Below, in pieces: positions 53,025 to 63,957 of a DNA stretch of 63,957 bases. Each line of letters opens with the position of its first letter. Position 1 is the stretch's first letter. Position numbers and translations under genes: made by a program. Source of the DNA: Octopus bimaculoides (taxonomy: Eukaryota); the NCBI RefSeq assembly GCF_001194135.2, contig NC_068987.1:106047211-106111167 (forward strand). The letters run 5' to 3'. The notes beneath the pieces are model-generated. The model was not told where the DNA came from, made no database searches, and saw nothing but the letters and a program-made list of their open reading frames with translations.

Positions 53025-53225
53025 AACAAATTGAGATCAACCCCGACACCTGGGAAACGCAAGTGCAACACCGCGCTGCTTCTCGAAGCTGCACGAAAAG
53101 AAGCGCCACCTCATACCAACAGAACAAGGTTTCAGGAGCACAAGAGAAACGCGAACTGTACAAGTCTAGAACCGACTCCTCGCCTTCGGTCCCAGCAAAC
53201 TACCAACGCTTGATCTGCTGCAGAG
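53025..53225 (+). mobile_element. RTE-BovB-like C-terminal fragment, inverted relative to 52830-52985
   Basis: EINPDTWETQVQHRAA..SATSYQQNK..AQEKR..KSR..CLICCR-type end. Confidence 0.65.
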
Positions 53226-53890
53226 TATCCGAATCGACCCCAGTACTTGTGTCTTTTTAAAGCCTGATACTCATTCTATAAGTCTGTTTTGCCGAACCAC
53301 TAATTTGCAGAGACGTAAAAACACCAACACCGGTTGTTGTGCGGTCAGCTTGGGGGACAAACACAGACATAAAGACGCGGGCGCGCACACACACATACAC
53401 GCACGCACGCACGCACGCACACACTGACACACACACACACACACACACACACATACGATGCGCTTCTTTTAGTTTCTTATTTCTTTATTGCCCACAAGGG
53501 ACTAAACATAGAGGGGACAAACAAGGACAGACAAAGGGATTAAGTCGATTACATCGATCTCAGTGCATAACTAGTACTTAATTTATCGACCACGAAAGGA
53601 TGAAAAGCAACGTCGACCTTGCGTGGAATTTGAACTCAGAACGTCAAGTCAGATGAAATATTGGTAAGCATTTCGCCCAGCGTGCTAACGTTCCTGCCAG
53701 CTCGCCACCCTTTAGTTTCTGTCTTCTTTTAGTTTCTGTTTTCTTTTAGTTTCTGTCTACCAAATCTTTTCACAAGGCTCAGTTAACCTTGAGGGCTATA
53801 GTAGAAGACACTTGCTCAATATGCCATGTGCTGTGGGACCGAACCCAGGATCATGTGGTTGAGAAAGAAACTTCTTATCACACAGCCACC
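53225..53890 (-). mobile_element. SINE family B with a nested family A copy (about 53475-53710)
   Basis: B tail and microsatellite, then full A copy, then B core; tttagtttct flanks the insert on both sides (TSD-like). Confidence 0.85.
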
Positions 53891-54707
53891 AACATTGATT
53901 TTTCTTTATTATAAACATCTTCATATTTCTTGTCATTGGTAGTCATGTTTAACACTATTACATTCTTATTAGAAATTGACAGAATTAATTACATAACCGG
54001 AGGCTAATAGACCAAATTAATGAAATGTATAAACTAAATGCAAGCATCAGGAAATAGGGATAATCAGAATGTGATGACTGAAAAGAGGAACATTAACTAT
54101 AATAAGTACCTTGAGAATTGGAAAAAATATAATACGTAACTGAAACTACCAAGACTTTATGACGTATAGACATTATCATTAATAGGTGCGACACATCACT
54201 GTGTTTGGTTTTGAAGTGCACGCAATAAAAATAGACTACTGAAGGTACACACACACACTGTGAGACAAGACAACACACACACATGCATTCTCGCAAGCAT
54301 ACATACATTCACACATATACATTTTCTAGGCACATACGTGCGTGTCTGCGTGTGTGTTTTGTGCTTGTGTATGGGGTGGGATGGGGGCGAAAAAATAAAT
54401 TGAACAGTCGAATTTCAGAGTAATTTAATAAATATGATTTTTCTTTTATGATTACAGATTGAGAAAACCCATTCTCTACTTACCGATAAGATAATTTTAA
54501 TGTGATACTTTTGATCAAAAAGATGAAACTATTGGTGATGATAAAAGGGCTTCAATTTTAGTGTCACGAAATATTACACGAAATACGGTTAAATATTACA
54601 AAGCTGAAATGAAAGCAACGTTTCACGAGGTGTGTTCTCGAGATATATATGCACCTATGTGCAAATATGTTTGTGTATACACTTATATAAATTCATGCAC
54701 AAACACA

Positions 54708-54755
<48 letters not shown>

Positions 54756-55101
54756 TACGTATATAAGTGTGTACGTATATCCGTTTATATATATATATCG
54801 ATATGTACAAGGAAAAAGTTAACGGTGATTGTGAAATTTCGACATATCAACTGTTATGAGGCAGTGTAGTGATAACTGTTGAATCAAAACTTCGAAGTCA
54901 CTGTAAACTTTTCAAGTGCAAAATTAGTATAATGTCTACTCTGTGATAGAGCTTGCAGATGTGATGATTTCTTCCAAACTTAGCAAGAAGTACCAGCATC
55001 TACTGGACCCCGATTATAAATTTGCGCACAAAGCAACCATCCGGAAACTTTAAAAATTTACTCTATGCCTATTCCCGAGTCTGGATTTGCTAGAATAGGT
55101 A

Positions 55102-55177
<76 letters not shown>

Positions 55178-55184
55178 GAACGGC

Positions 55185-55389
55185 TACTCTTTACTCTCTT
55201 TTACTTGTTTCAGTCATTTGACTGTGGCCATGCTGGAGCACCGCCTTTAGTCGATCAAATCGACCCCCGAACTAATCCTTTGGAAGCCTAGTACTTATTC
55301 TATCGGTCTCTTTTGCCGAATCGCTAAGTTACGGGGACGTAAACACGCCACCATCGGTTGTCAAGCGATGTTGGGGGAGGGACAAACAC

Positions 55390-55438
<49 letters not shown>

Positions 55439-55603
55439 TGCGACGCGCTTCTTTCAGTTTCCGTCTACCAAATCCACTCGCAAGCCTTTGGTCGGCCCGA
55501 GGCTATAGTAGAAGACATATGCCCAAGGTGCCACGCAGTGTGACTGAACCAAGAAGCATATGGTTGGTAAGCAAGCTACTTACCACACAGCCACTCCTGC
55601 GCC
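55185..55603 (-). mobile_element. Full-length CORE-type tRNA SINE family B (octopus OR2-like) with internal (TA)n
   Basis: Minus: ggcgcaggagtggctgtgtggtaagtagcttgcttacc..; CORE-like accttgggcatatgtcttctactatagcctc; tail ..gactgaaacaagtaaaagagagtaaagagta. Confidence 0.9.
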
Positions 55604-56303
55604 TAACATGAATTTTACAGATACAATCTATAAGTGAGACAGTAAAAATATTATTTTCGAAAGTTTGAGTATGTAACATTAAACCATACTCCAACGATGG
55701 AGAATATGTTTCTTTGATAGTAACCAACCCAGGCAAAGATACTAAATAAACAAAAAGAGAAAAAGACATTCATATATATATATATTCATATATAGATTCA
55801 TATATATGTGTGAGTAACAAGTGCATGTGTATGTTTGTGTGTATGCTTCAAATAAATCTGTTGTAAAAGTGTACGTACAAAGTGTACAAATATGAAACAT
55901 ATAAAGCCACCATTTACTCTTGATTTCAACGAAAGCAAGCTAGAACGTAATGTAATATATTGCGTTCTTATCTATTTATTCAAAGTACATCGGAGGCTAT
56001 AAAAATACAAAACCTGCACGTTGCGGAAGCCTACTAATTATTGCACCTACTAATAGGGTTATGTTGTATGTCGTGTCACCGTTGAGTTGTTCGCCTGCTG
56101 AGACTTACCGCTTCTATTGTTGCCGTCGTATATGATGTTACTTGCTGGAAATAGCCTTTGATACCGGCCGGTATCAACCGAAGTTGATCCTATTGATACA
56201 CCATCAGCCACATCGCTGATTTGCTGCAAAGCACTAACTCAATTCAGCTGTAAATTAAAATTGTGAACTAGAAAGATCATAGTCTTACCCTTTTGCAGAG
56301 GAA

Positions 56304-56344
<41 letters not shown>

Positions 56345-56973
56345 ACACACCCACACCCACACACACACAAAGACGTCTACGCACCTACATGCACATACAC
56401 ACATATAAAGACTTACGTATACACAAACGAGCAAACACCTTTCGTACGCCAATACAAATACATTCACGTGCGCACACACACGCGCGCAAAAACACACACG
56501 CGCAAACACACACACAACACACATACACATATTTACTCACATGCACACGCAGATATATGTTCGGATTGGATTATGTATAAGATGCAATTATCACAAAACG
56601 GCTTTGAATTGGCCGAGTCGTTAGAACATCACAGAATAATTCACGTTTATTCATCTGCCCAGTGAGTTCTAATCCCGCTCTGGCTTACTCGGATTTTAAT
56701 CGATTGACCTATGACTTTTAACATCAACTGTTGTTGTCTTGTTTCCTTTAGCGGAAGACTATGGAAATATTACGAAACATTTTACTTAATTTATTTTTCC
56801 CCAATTTAATTGTTTTTCGTATTATACTTTTAGCTGAAAAAGTCTAAAAGATGGAAACCAGTACTAGAATATACTTCATGATAAAATTATTTTAGCAATT
56901 TCTGCCTTATCTTATTTTCGTTATTGATATCAACCCGTGTATTACTTTTCTACCTTCTTTATACACCCCCCCC

Positions 56974-57024
<51 letters not shown>

Positions 57025-57783
57025 GTATATATATGTGTAAATATAATATGTGACAATTATTCGGTAGCCATGATAAAATTCCGAGTTTCGGATGTCGGGG
57101 TGGAAACCCACGCCGGCATCCCTTCGGTTATCGGGCCATGAAAAAAATCTCACCTCGACATGTTTGAGACATGTTCTTGACCCCCAGACAGAAGATAAAC
57201 TTTGCCTCATCAGTTGAATATGCAGAAAAGCACATAAATACAAATATATAGACATAAACATACGATATACTTACATATACGGATGTATACATACATATAT
57301 ATGCATGTATGCACACGACCAGTTTAAATTGCCCGCCTAAAAACCTCCTCCTGCGATATGGTCAGAATATCCACCGCAGTGAATGTAATGACGAAATACA
57401 TTTATATAAATAAGGATAAGATCGATATATAAAAATATCGATCTTATCAAGTGGCCAGCGTGGGAATAAAAACTATGAAAGGTAACAATTATTTAAAATT
57501 ATAATTAAGGGTATCTAAGAGATACCGCCACGCTGAAAAATAGCAGTCAAATCTTGACTATATACCACAATATATATCGATCTTATCCTTATTTATATAA
57601 ATTTATTTCGTCATTATATTCACTGCGGTGGATATTCTGACCATATCGCACGAGGAGTTTTAGGCGGGCAATTTAAACTGGTCGTGTGCATACGTGCATA
57701 TATATGTATGTATACGTACGTATATGTAAGTATATCGTATGTTTATGTATATATATTTGTATTTATGTGCTCTTCTGAGTATA

Positions 57784-57840
57784 TTCCACTGATGAAGGCA
57801 GAGCATTTCTAATGCAGAGCCAGAAATCCAGGATTTGGAA
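57784..57840 (+). ncRNA. Type I hammerhead ribozyme, near-intact
   Basis: UUCCA-CUGAUGA-a-GGC..GCAU/AUGC..GCC-a-GAAA-UCC a GGA-UU-UGGAA: stem I perfect, stem III AUCC/GGAU, cleavage triplet AUU. Confidence 0.7.
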
Positions 57841-58102
57841 TTATCCAGTAATTTTTGCTAGTTTATTTTATCGACGTCTTCGCTTTTTGTGCCATATGAA
57901 CATTTATTGTGGTATAGAGTCAAGATTGGACTGCTATCTTTCAGCGTAGCGGTATCTCTTAGATACCCTATATTATAATTTTATATATATATATATGTTG
58001 ATAGAAATGGTAAAACAACAAAAGAATGAAAGAGACCTCGATATTATGTAAATAGAGGAATTTATCTGTAAATATAATATGTGAAAATTATTCGGTAGCA
58101 AT

Positions 58103-58163
58103 GATAAAACTCCGAGTTTCGGATGTCGGGACGGAAACCCACGCCGGCATCTCTTCAGTTATC
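58103..58163 (-). ncRNA. Type I hammerhead ribozyme, near-intact
   Basis: GAUAA-CUGAAGA-GAUGCCGG..CCGACAUCC-GAAAC-UC g GA-GUU-UUAUC: stem I perfect, ACUC/GAGU stem III, triplet GUU. Confidence 0.75.
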
Positions 58164-58589
58164 GGGCTATCGGAAAAAGTGCTATGAAAATGACTGTTAA
58201 AACAAAGGGAACTATATATATACATATATATAAATAAATAAGTATATAAATAAANNNNNNNNNNNNNNNNNNNNNNNNNNNNNNNNNNNNNNNNNNNNNN
58301 NNNNNNNNNNNNNNNNNNNNNNNNNNNNNNNNNNNNNNNNNNNNNNNNNNNNNNNNNNNNNNNNNNNNNNNNNNNNNNNNNNNNNNNNNNNNNNNNNNNN
58401 NNNNNNNNNNNNNNNNNNNNNNNNNNNNNNNNNNNNNNNNNNNNNNNNNNNNNNNNNNNNNNNNNNNNNNNNNNNNNNNNNNNNNNNNNNNNNNNNNNNN
58501 NNNNNNNNNNNNNNNNNNNNNNNNNNNNNNNNNNNNNNNNNNNNNNNNNNNNNNNNNNNNNNNNNNNNNNNNNNNTAGTAAATCCCCCA

Positions 58590-58770
58590 AAAGAAGAACA
58601 ACAAACACAAGAAAAAACAACGCGAGCACTTGGTACATATAAAGTATTAGCAGACGCTCAGGGAAGGAAAGAAAGATGTTTCGAGCAATATTCTTTTTCA
58701 GAAACAGAAGGAAGTCCAATAGAAAGGAAGACGGAGGAAGAAAATCGCTAACGATTCACATGTGGTTACA
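58590..58770 (-). mobile_element. PLE-like 3' remnant with degenerate HHR (58676-58701)
   Basis: Minus: CTGAAAA-agaatattgctc-GAAAC-atc, similar to the motif at 10145-10178. Confidence 0.35.
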
Positions 58771-58792
58771 CACACACACACACACACACATA

Positions 58793-58828
<36 letters not shown>

Positions 58829-59497
58829 TGTGTGTGCATCCGTTTATGTTGGACGATTGGGAGAAGAGTGTTCAATGCATATTATAGAGCACGTATATAT
58901 TTATTCAAACTGAAATTGCGATTGTTACTCGCGACAGGAATTTCATGCCTCTGTGATCTTAAATCAATACGTATCCCAATATATATATAGTGAAGTAAAT
59001 TTTGTTCTGTATTCGAGATTATAAGATTATAATGACATTTATTGATAATTGATATTTAGTTTTACGATTTCGCAATTAGGAATTTTGTAGTTTTGTCTTC
59101 TAGCAACCCGGTATTCATTGCTTCCATTTCAAAAATGCGTAAGCATGTGACATATGTATCAGCAGACAGACATGTGGTAAAAGACGCATATATGTTGATA
59201 GGCGTAGGTAACACGGATAGACACAGAGATGCAATTCGTATAAAGCATTTTATATTTATAGTTTACATAACTTAAAGCTGTATGATTACTCAGTTTCATG
59301 CACATTCGAAATAACACACACGTATGTGTATGCATGTATGTGCGTGAGTGTATGTATGTATGTGCATACGTGTATGTGTGGTTATATTTGTGTGTGTACG
59401 TAGGTGCGTGCGTCTGTGTGTTCGTGTATATATTTTGAGTCAAAACAATCGTAATACGTATATAGATATGTATGTACAGACAACGCATACGCGAACG

Positions 59498-59576
<79 letters not shown>

Positions 59577-59889
59577 NNNNNNNNNNNNNNNNNNNNNNNN
59601 NNNNNNNNNNNNNNNNNNNNNNNNNNNNNNNNNNNNNNNNNNNNNNNNNNNNNNNNNNNNNNNNNNNNNNNNNNNNNNNNNNNNNNNNNNNNNNNNNNNN
59701 NNNNNNNNNNNNNNNNNNNNNNNNNNNNNNNNNNNNNNNNNNNNNNNNNNNNNNNNNNNNNNNNNNNNNNNNNNNNNNNNNNATATAATGTGATAGATAT
59801 CGGAATACATACATATACAGAGTACAGATACATGCATAGATTGATAGAAAGAGAGATAGATAATTAGATAGGTAGATAGACAGATAGAC

Positions 59890-59948
<59 letters not shown>

Positions 59949-60307
59949 CAGCTTGTGTGTGACTGCATACTATATCTCTATGCAGTCAAAACTCTTGTGT
60001 GTATATGTATTTGCATGCTGATGTCATTGCATATCTATACGCGTTTTCAGATAGACATTTTGCGTATGATTGCATAGTATATCTTAATGCTGTTAAAAGC
60101 CTTGTGTATATATGTATATGCATACATATCTCATTGCATATCTGTGTACGTACGCGTATGTATCAGTATGTCTATTTTTGTAACTTTATTGCTATTTGAA
60201 TTCAAACCTAAATTTTAAATAGAAATAATAAAGCAATATTTCTTTGATCTAGTGTATGTTGAAAGCTTGCTCGATTCGCTAACAATACAACTGTTTCTGT
60301 CGTTATG

Positions 60308-60363
<56 letters not shown>

Positions 60364-61256
60364 TGTGCGTGTGTGTGTATCTGTGTGTGTGCCTGTGTGT
60401 GCGTGCGTTGATATATACATGTACGACGTATTTGTACGTTAGTGTGAGAGTGATTGAATATATATCTATGTACATATATATATATTCATGCACGCGCATA
60501 CTTACAAACATAGGAAGGTTATACAAGACTCTGTTGTAATAGAACGAGTAAGAACAGTCTCACCCTTCTCCTGCGCCAAACCAGTACACATATTCATATA
60601 TCCTATTTTATACGTTGAGTGGCTTGCCAGTTAGAATTTTCAAGTGCTTTATTTTCATGTTTCGAATATAGATGATTCACTTAAATGCATGTCAAACTGG
60701 TATGATATGCTCTTAGCTCCTGCCCTAAGTATTACAAACATACGCGCGTACACACACACGCATCATTATTTTGTATTATATTATATTATCTTTTGTTGTA
60801 TGCATGAGTGTGTGCACGCGCTGTGCATGTAGATTTTTGTTTTACATCATATTTCGTGAATAATAGCTCTGTTCGTTACAGGTTTCCAACGAACCAATTT
60901 CGCTTGTCAATCTTGCTATCAGAAATACGGTTTCACTGCATTTCTGACTGCAAGAAGTATGACAAGGCATTAAACTCGAAGAACAAATAGCAAAGAATGT
61001 ATTTGTAGCCGAAAAATGTCGTTTTTTATGTTTTCTGTCTGATATTTATATCATTTAACTATAAACGATGCAGTTGTGTATGCGTGTATGCGTGCGTATG
61101 TGTGTGTGTTGATATTTGTGAACCGGGAGTTTCAATCATATTCCACAGATACTGGAAGAAAATTATACATGCTGTCATATACATATACACATGTGCACAG
61201 ATACATGTGTACAGAACTTGAACAAAATATGGCAATATCTTGTTTAATGGGAAATT

Positions 61257-61560
61257 TAATACAGAGTTGTTTCACCTTTGGCATCATTAATAGCTTGCAT
61301 ATATAGAAGAATTAATTCGTACAGGTTACCAACCATTGTTAGGCGAATTTCGAGAAATTCTTTAAGTAAAATCTGTTTCAGGTCTTTCAATGGCAACGGA
61401 GGAGAGAAGCGGTTTCCCAGTTGCTGGTCCCAAATACACGATTCGATTATATTCTGAGATGCGATGCAGCGATTGTAGGAAGGCGTTCCATGTATCTACT
61501 TCGATGATGTTCGCTTTGTAACCGCGTGAAATGGTGCATTGTCATACAGCGAGATTGCGT
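61257..61560 (-). mobile_element. Tc1-like transposase C-terminal relic
   Basis: YDNAPFH..; SQNIIESCIWDQ..PLKDLKQILLKEF..NLYE..MQAINDAKGETTLY*. Confidence 0.7.
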
Positions 61561-61894
61561 AACCATAATAGAACAGTGTTTGTACTTGTGCATGGGAGCG
61601 TGTGTGTGTGTGTGTGTTTGAGAGAGAAAGAGAGAGAGAGCGAGGGAGCGATAGACAGAGAGACAGAGAGACAGAGACAGAGACAGAGAGAGACAGAGAC
61701 TGCATGCTGCTAAGTCTGTGCACCGCAATTTGCAGCAACTGTTTCACAGGGGTTAACTGGGTTTTATTCTTTTTGCCGTAGTAGTATTAGTCGTGAGAAT
61801 ATTTTCTGTCATAAAAATTGATTTGCTAGTTTATGTGCTTCACATTTTGCACTGATGCTCCCTGTGGTTTTTGGTAGTCAGATCTATTTATTTG

Positions 61895-62715
61895 CGCGAG
61901 TGTTTATCTTTTACTTGTTCCAGTCATTTAACCGCGGCGATGCTGGGGCATTGCTTTGAAAAAGTTTTAGCCGAATGAATCGACACCATTACCTACTATT
62001 TCAAGCTTGGTACTTATTGTATCACTATTTTTTTTACTGAACTGCTAAGTTACGGATACATGAGTACACCTACACAGGTTGTCAAGTAGTGGTGGGGGAT
62101 GCACATACACACATACACACACATATATACGACGGGCTTCTTTCAGTTTACTCACACACGCATGCACACACCCATATATATATACGACGGGCTTCTTTCA
62201 GTTTTCACACACACAGACGTACGCACACGCACACACATATATACGACGGTCTGCTTTCAGTTTCCACACACACGCGTGCACACACATGCACGAGTGCACA
62301 TACCCATACGCGCACAATCATATTCAAATACACGTCTAAAAATAGGCACCCCAGACACACAGACACAGACGCATATTTACAGCTTTTATCTTTTACTTGT
62401 TTTAGTCATTACACTGCGCCAATGCTGGAGCACCGCCTTGGAAAATTCTTTTGTCGGATGAATCGACCCTAGTACGTGTTTTTGTTTTTTAAAGACTGGG
62501 ACTTATTCTATTGGACTCTTTTTACCGAACCGCTAGGTAACCAGATGTCAAGTGCTGGTACGGAACAAACATGGACATACACAAACACACATACACGCTC
62601 ACGCACACACACACACATCTACTGTCAAGGCTTTGGTCATTCCGAGGCTATAGTAGAAGACACTTACCCAAGGTGTCACGCAGGGGGACTGAACAACTTA
62701 TCATGTGGTTGGGAA
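61895..62715 (-). mobile_element. Two SINE family B copies with an internal triplicated segment (about 62100-62280)
   Basis: Tails at about 61895-62100 and 62375-62580, core at 62630-62715; atatatacgacgggcttctttcagttt repeated three times. Confidence 0.75.
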
Positions 62716-63244
62716 GCGTGTGTGTGTGTGTTTGCATGTGTGTGTGTGTTTATAGGGATGCATATATATCTATTTATACATCTGTACAGTGTGTAGCGTA
62801 TAGATATGTTAAACTTGAGACCAATTCTATTGTCGTCAAAGAATTGAGTCTTTTGTGCTATTATCAGACTCAATGGAAATCATTACGCTTAAAAGCTAAT
62901 AAGATATTCCACAGTCTTTGGAATTCGGCATTGCGCATGACGGAATACCTGACTTACTATGATGGTTGATATGCATTTTATTGTATGCGTGTGTGTGTAT
63001 GTGCATGTGTGTGTGTATGTGCATGTGTATGTGTGTATGTGTGTGTGTGCGCGTTACATTTTCTTTTAAAAATTGGTTCTGTGTTTCTGGGTAGCAGTAA
63101 AACTAGCATCAGTTGTCCAGTAGGATTATTCAGTGAAATAGATAGTACCCATCCTCTGGGATCAACTGGTAATGTTTGTTTATTGTCGGAATAAGGGAGG
63201 AACAACTCTATAATGTTTATTCCGACTTTAGCCTCTTCCTTCTT

Positions 63245-63410
63245 CCGGGAAGTGGATGTGCGTAGCTTAGTGATTAGGGTGATGGATACATGGACGTAAG
63301 CTTATGGTTTCGATTCTTGGACCGGGCGTCGTGTTGTGTTCATGAGCAAAACACTTTATTTCACGTTACTCGAGTTCATACAACTGAGAAAAATGAGTAA
63401 TCTTGCAGCG
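63245..63410 (+). mobile_element. Diverged tRNA-derived SINE 5' part
   Basis: gtggatgtgcgtagcttagtgattaggg...tggtttcgattcttggaccgggcg..gtgttcatgagcaaaacactttatttcacgtt. Confidence 0.6.
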
Positions 63411-63610
63411 GGTCTTGTCTTTTCCATCCATTTTCCTGAGGTATTGTCCATTCTGTGGTTTCATTTTCCAATTGTTTACTCTTTCTTCTACATCTTGCTT
63501 CTCAAATGTTTGTGAGTGCATCACGTTTTCGGTAGGAACTCTATTGTACATTCTAACAGCAGCAAGCAAGGATTCACTATGCTGTTTGATGTACCATCCC
63601 AGTATCACTT
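63410..63610 (-). mobile_element. R4/Dong-clade ORF fragment (post-RT region)
   Basis: LGWYIKQHSESLLAAVR..EERVNNWKMKPQNGQYLRKMDGKDK. Confidence 0.65.
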
Positions 63611-63661
63611 TTGGGGCGGGATTCCTTGAAAAGAGGAAAATTAGTTAAAAGTAGCAATATA

Positions 63662-63957
63662 ACACTAGATAAAGCCAATGAAATAAGAGAACTAGACGAA
63701 AGCCAACCATATAAGTATTTAAGAGTCAATGAACTAGATAGGATACAACATACACAAATGAAAGAAAAAATAAAGAAAGAGTACTATAGACGAGTTAGAT
63801 CAATACTAAAAACAGAGCTCAATGCTAAAAACAAGATAATGGGTATCAACACTTTAGCTGTCCCAGTTATAAGCTACAGCTACAACATCCTTAACTGGAC
63901 ACTAAACGAACTATGTAAAATAGACAGGAAAACAAGAAAAATAATGACAGGATATAG
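63662..63957 (+). mobile_element. R4/Dong-clade RT C-terminal fragment, open to the window edge
   Basis: YKYLRVNELDRIQHTQMKEKIKKEYYRRVRSILKTELNAKNKIMGINTLAVPVISYSYNILNWT..KIDRKTRKIMTGY, no stop codon. Confidence 0.85.

Larger units (their letters stand above)
57038..58167. mobile_element. Composite of PLE-derived non-autonomous elements with interleaved inverted repeats and three full hammerhead motifs
   Basis: Direct repeat 57038-57137 / 58069-58167; inverted repeats 57204-57431 / 57571-57799 and about 57497-57571 / 57905-57981; HHRs at 57072-57132(-), 57784-57840(+), 58103-58163(-). Confidence 0.8.

Noticed and set aside
61381-61520. + strand frame with CSDCRKAFH resembling a C2H2 zinc finger behind an acceptor-like site
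   Set aside because: No second His pair; the opposite strand is clearly a Tc1 transposase relic.

Overview
AT-rich, microsatellite-dense animal genomic DNA from a gapped short-read scaffold (16 N-runs, most flanked by (TA)n/(GA)n/(CA)n). The SINE families and repeat landscape point to a cephalopod, most likely Octopus (inference, not a database result). The window looks like intronic sequence of a + strand gene: three small exons with good splice signals (8986-9050, 20394-20442, 21299-21365) join in compatible phases into an unrecognised 60-aa peptide. The rest is transposon debris: many tRNA-derived SINEs of at least four families, decayed LINE pieces (Penelope-like/Neptune, R4/Dong, RTE, L1/Tx1, CR1/L2-like) and Tc1/mariner relics. 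The most striking signal is a dense set of minimal type-I hammerhead ribozyme (HHR) motifs with self-complementary stem III in several unrelated small elements. Three of these elements are also bracketed by inverted copies of their own 3' tails. They include a tRNA-headed SINE with an HHR tail, whose internal (TAA)n carries an R4/Dong insertion in both copies present, and a 1.1-kb fold-back composite with three full HHR motifs. All long ORFs in the supplied track that cross N-runs or microsatellites are artefacts. Family names are from recalled motifs; no searches were run, and many TE boundaries are approximate.
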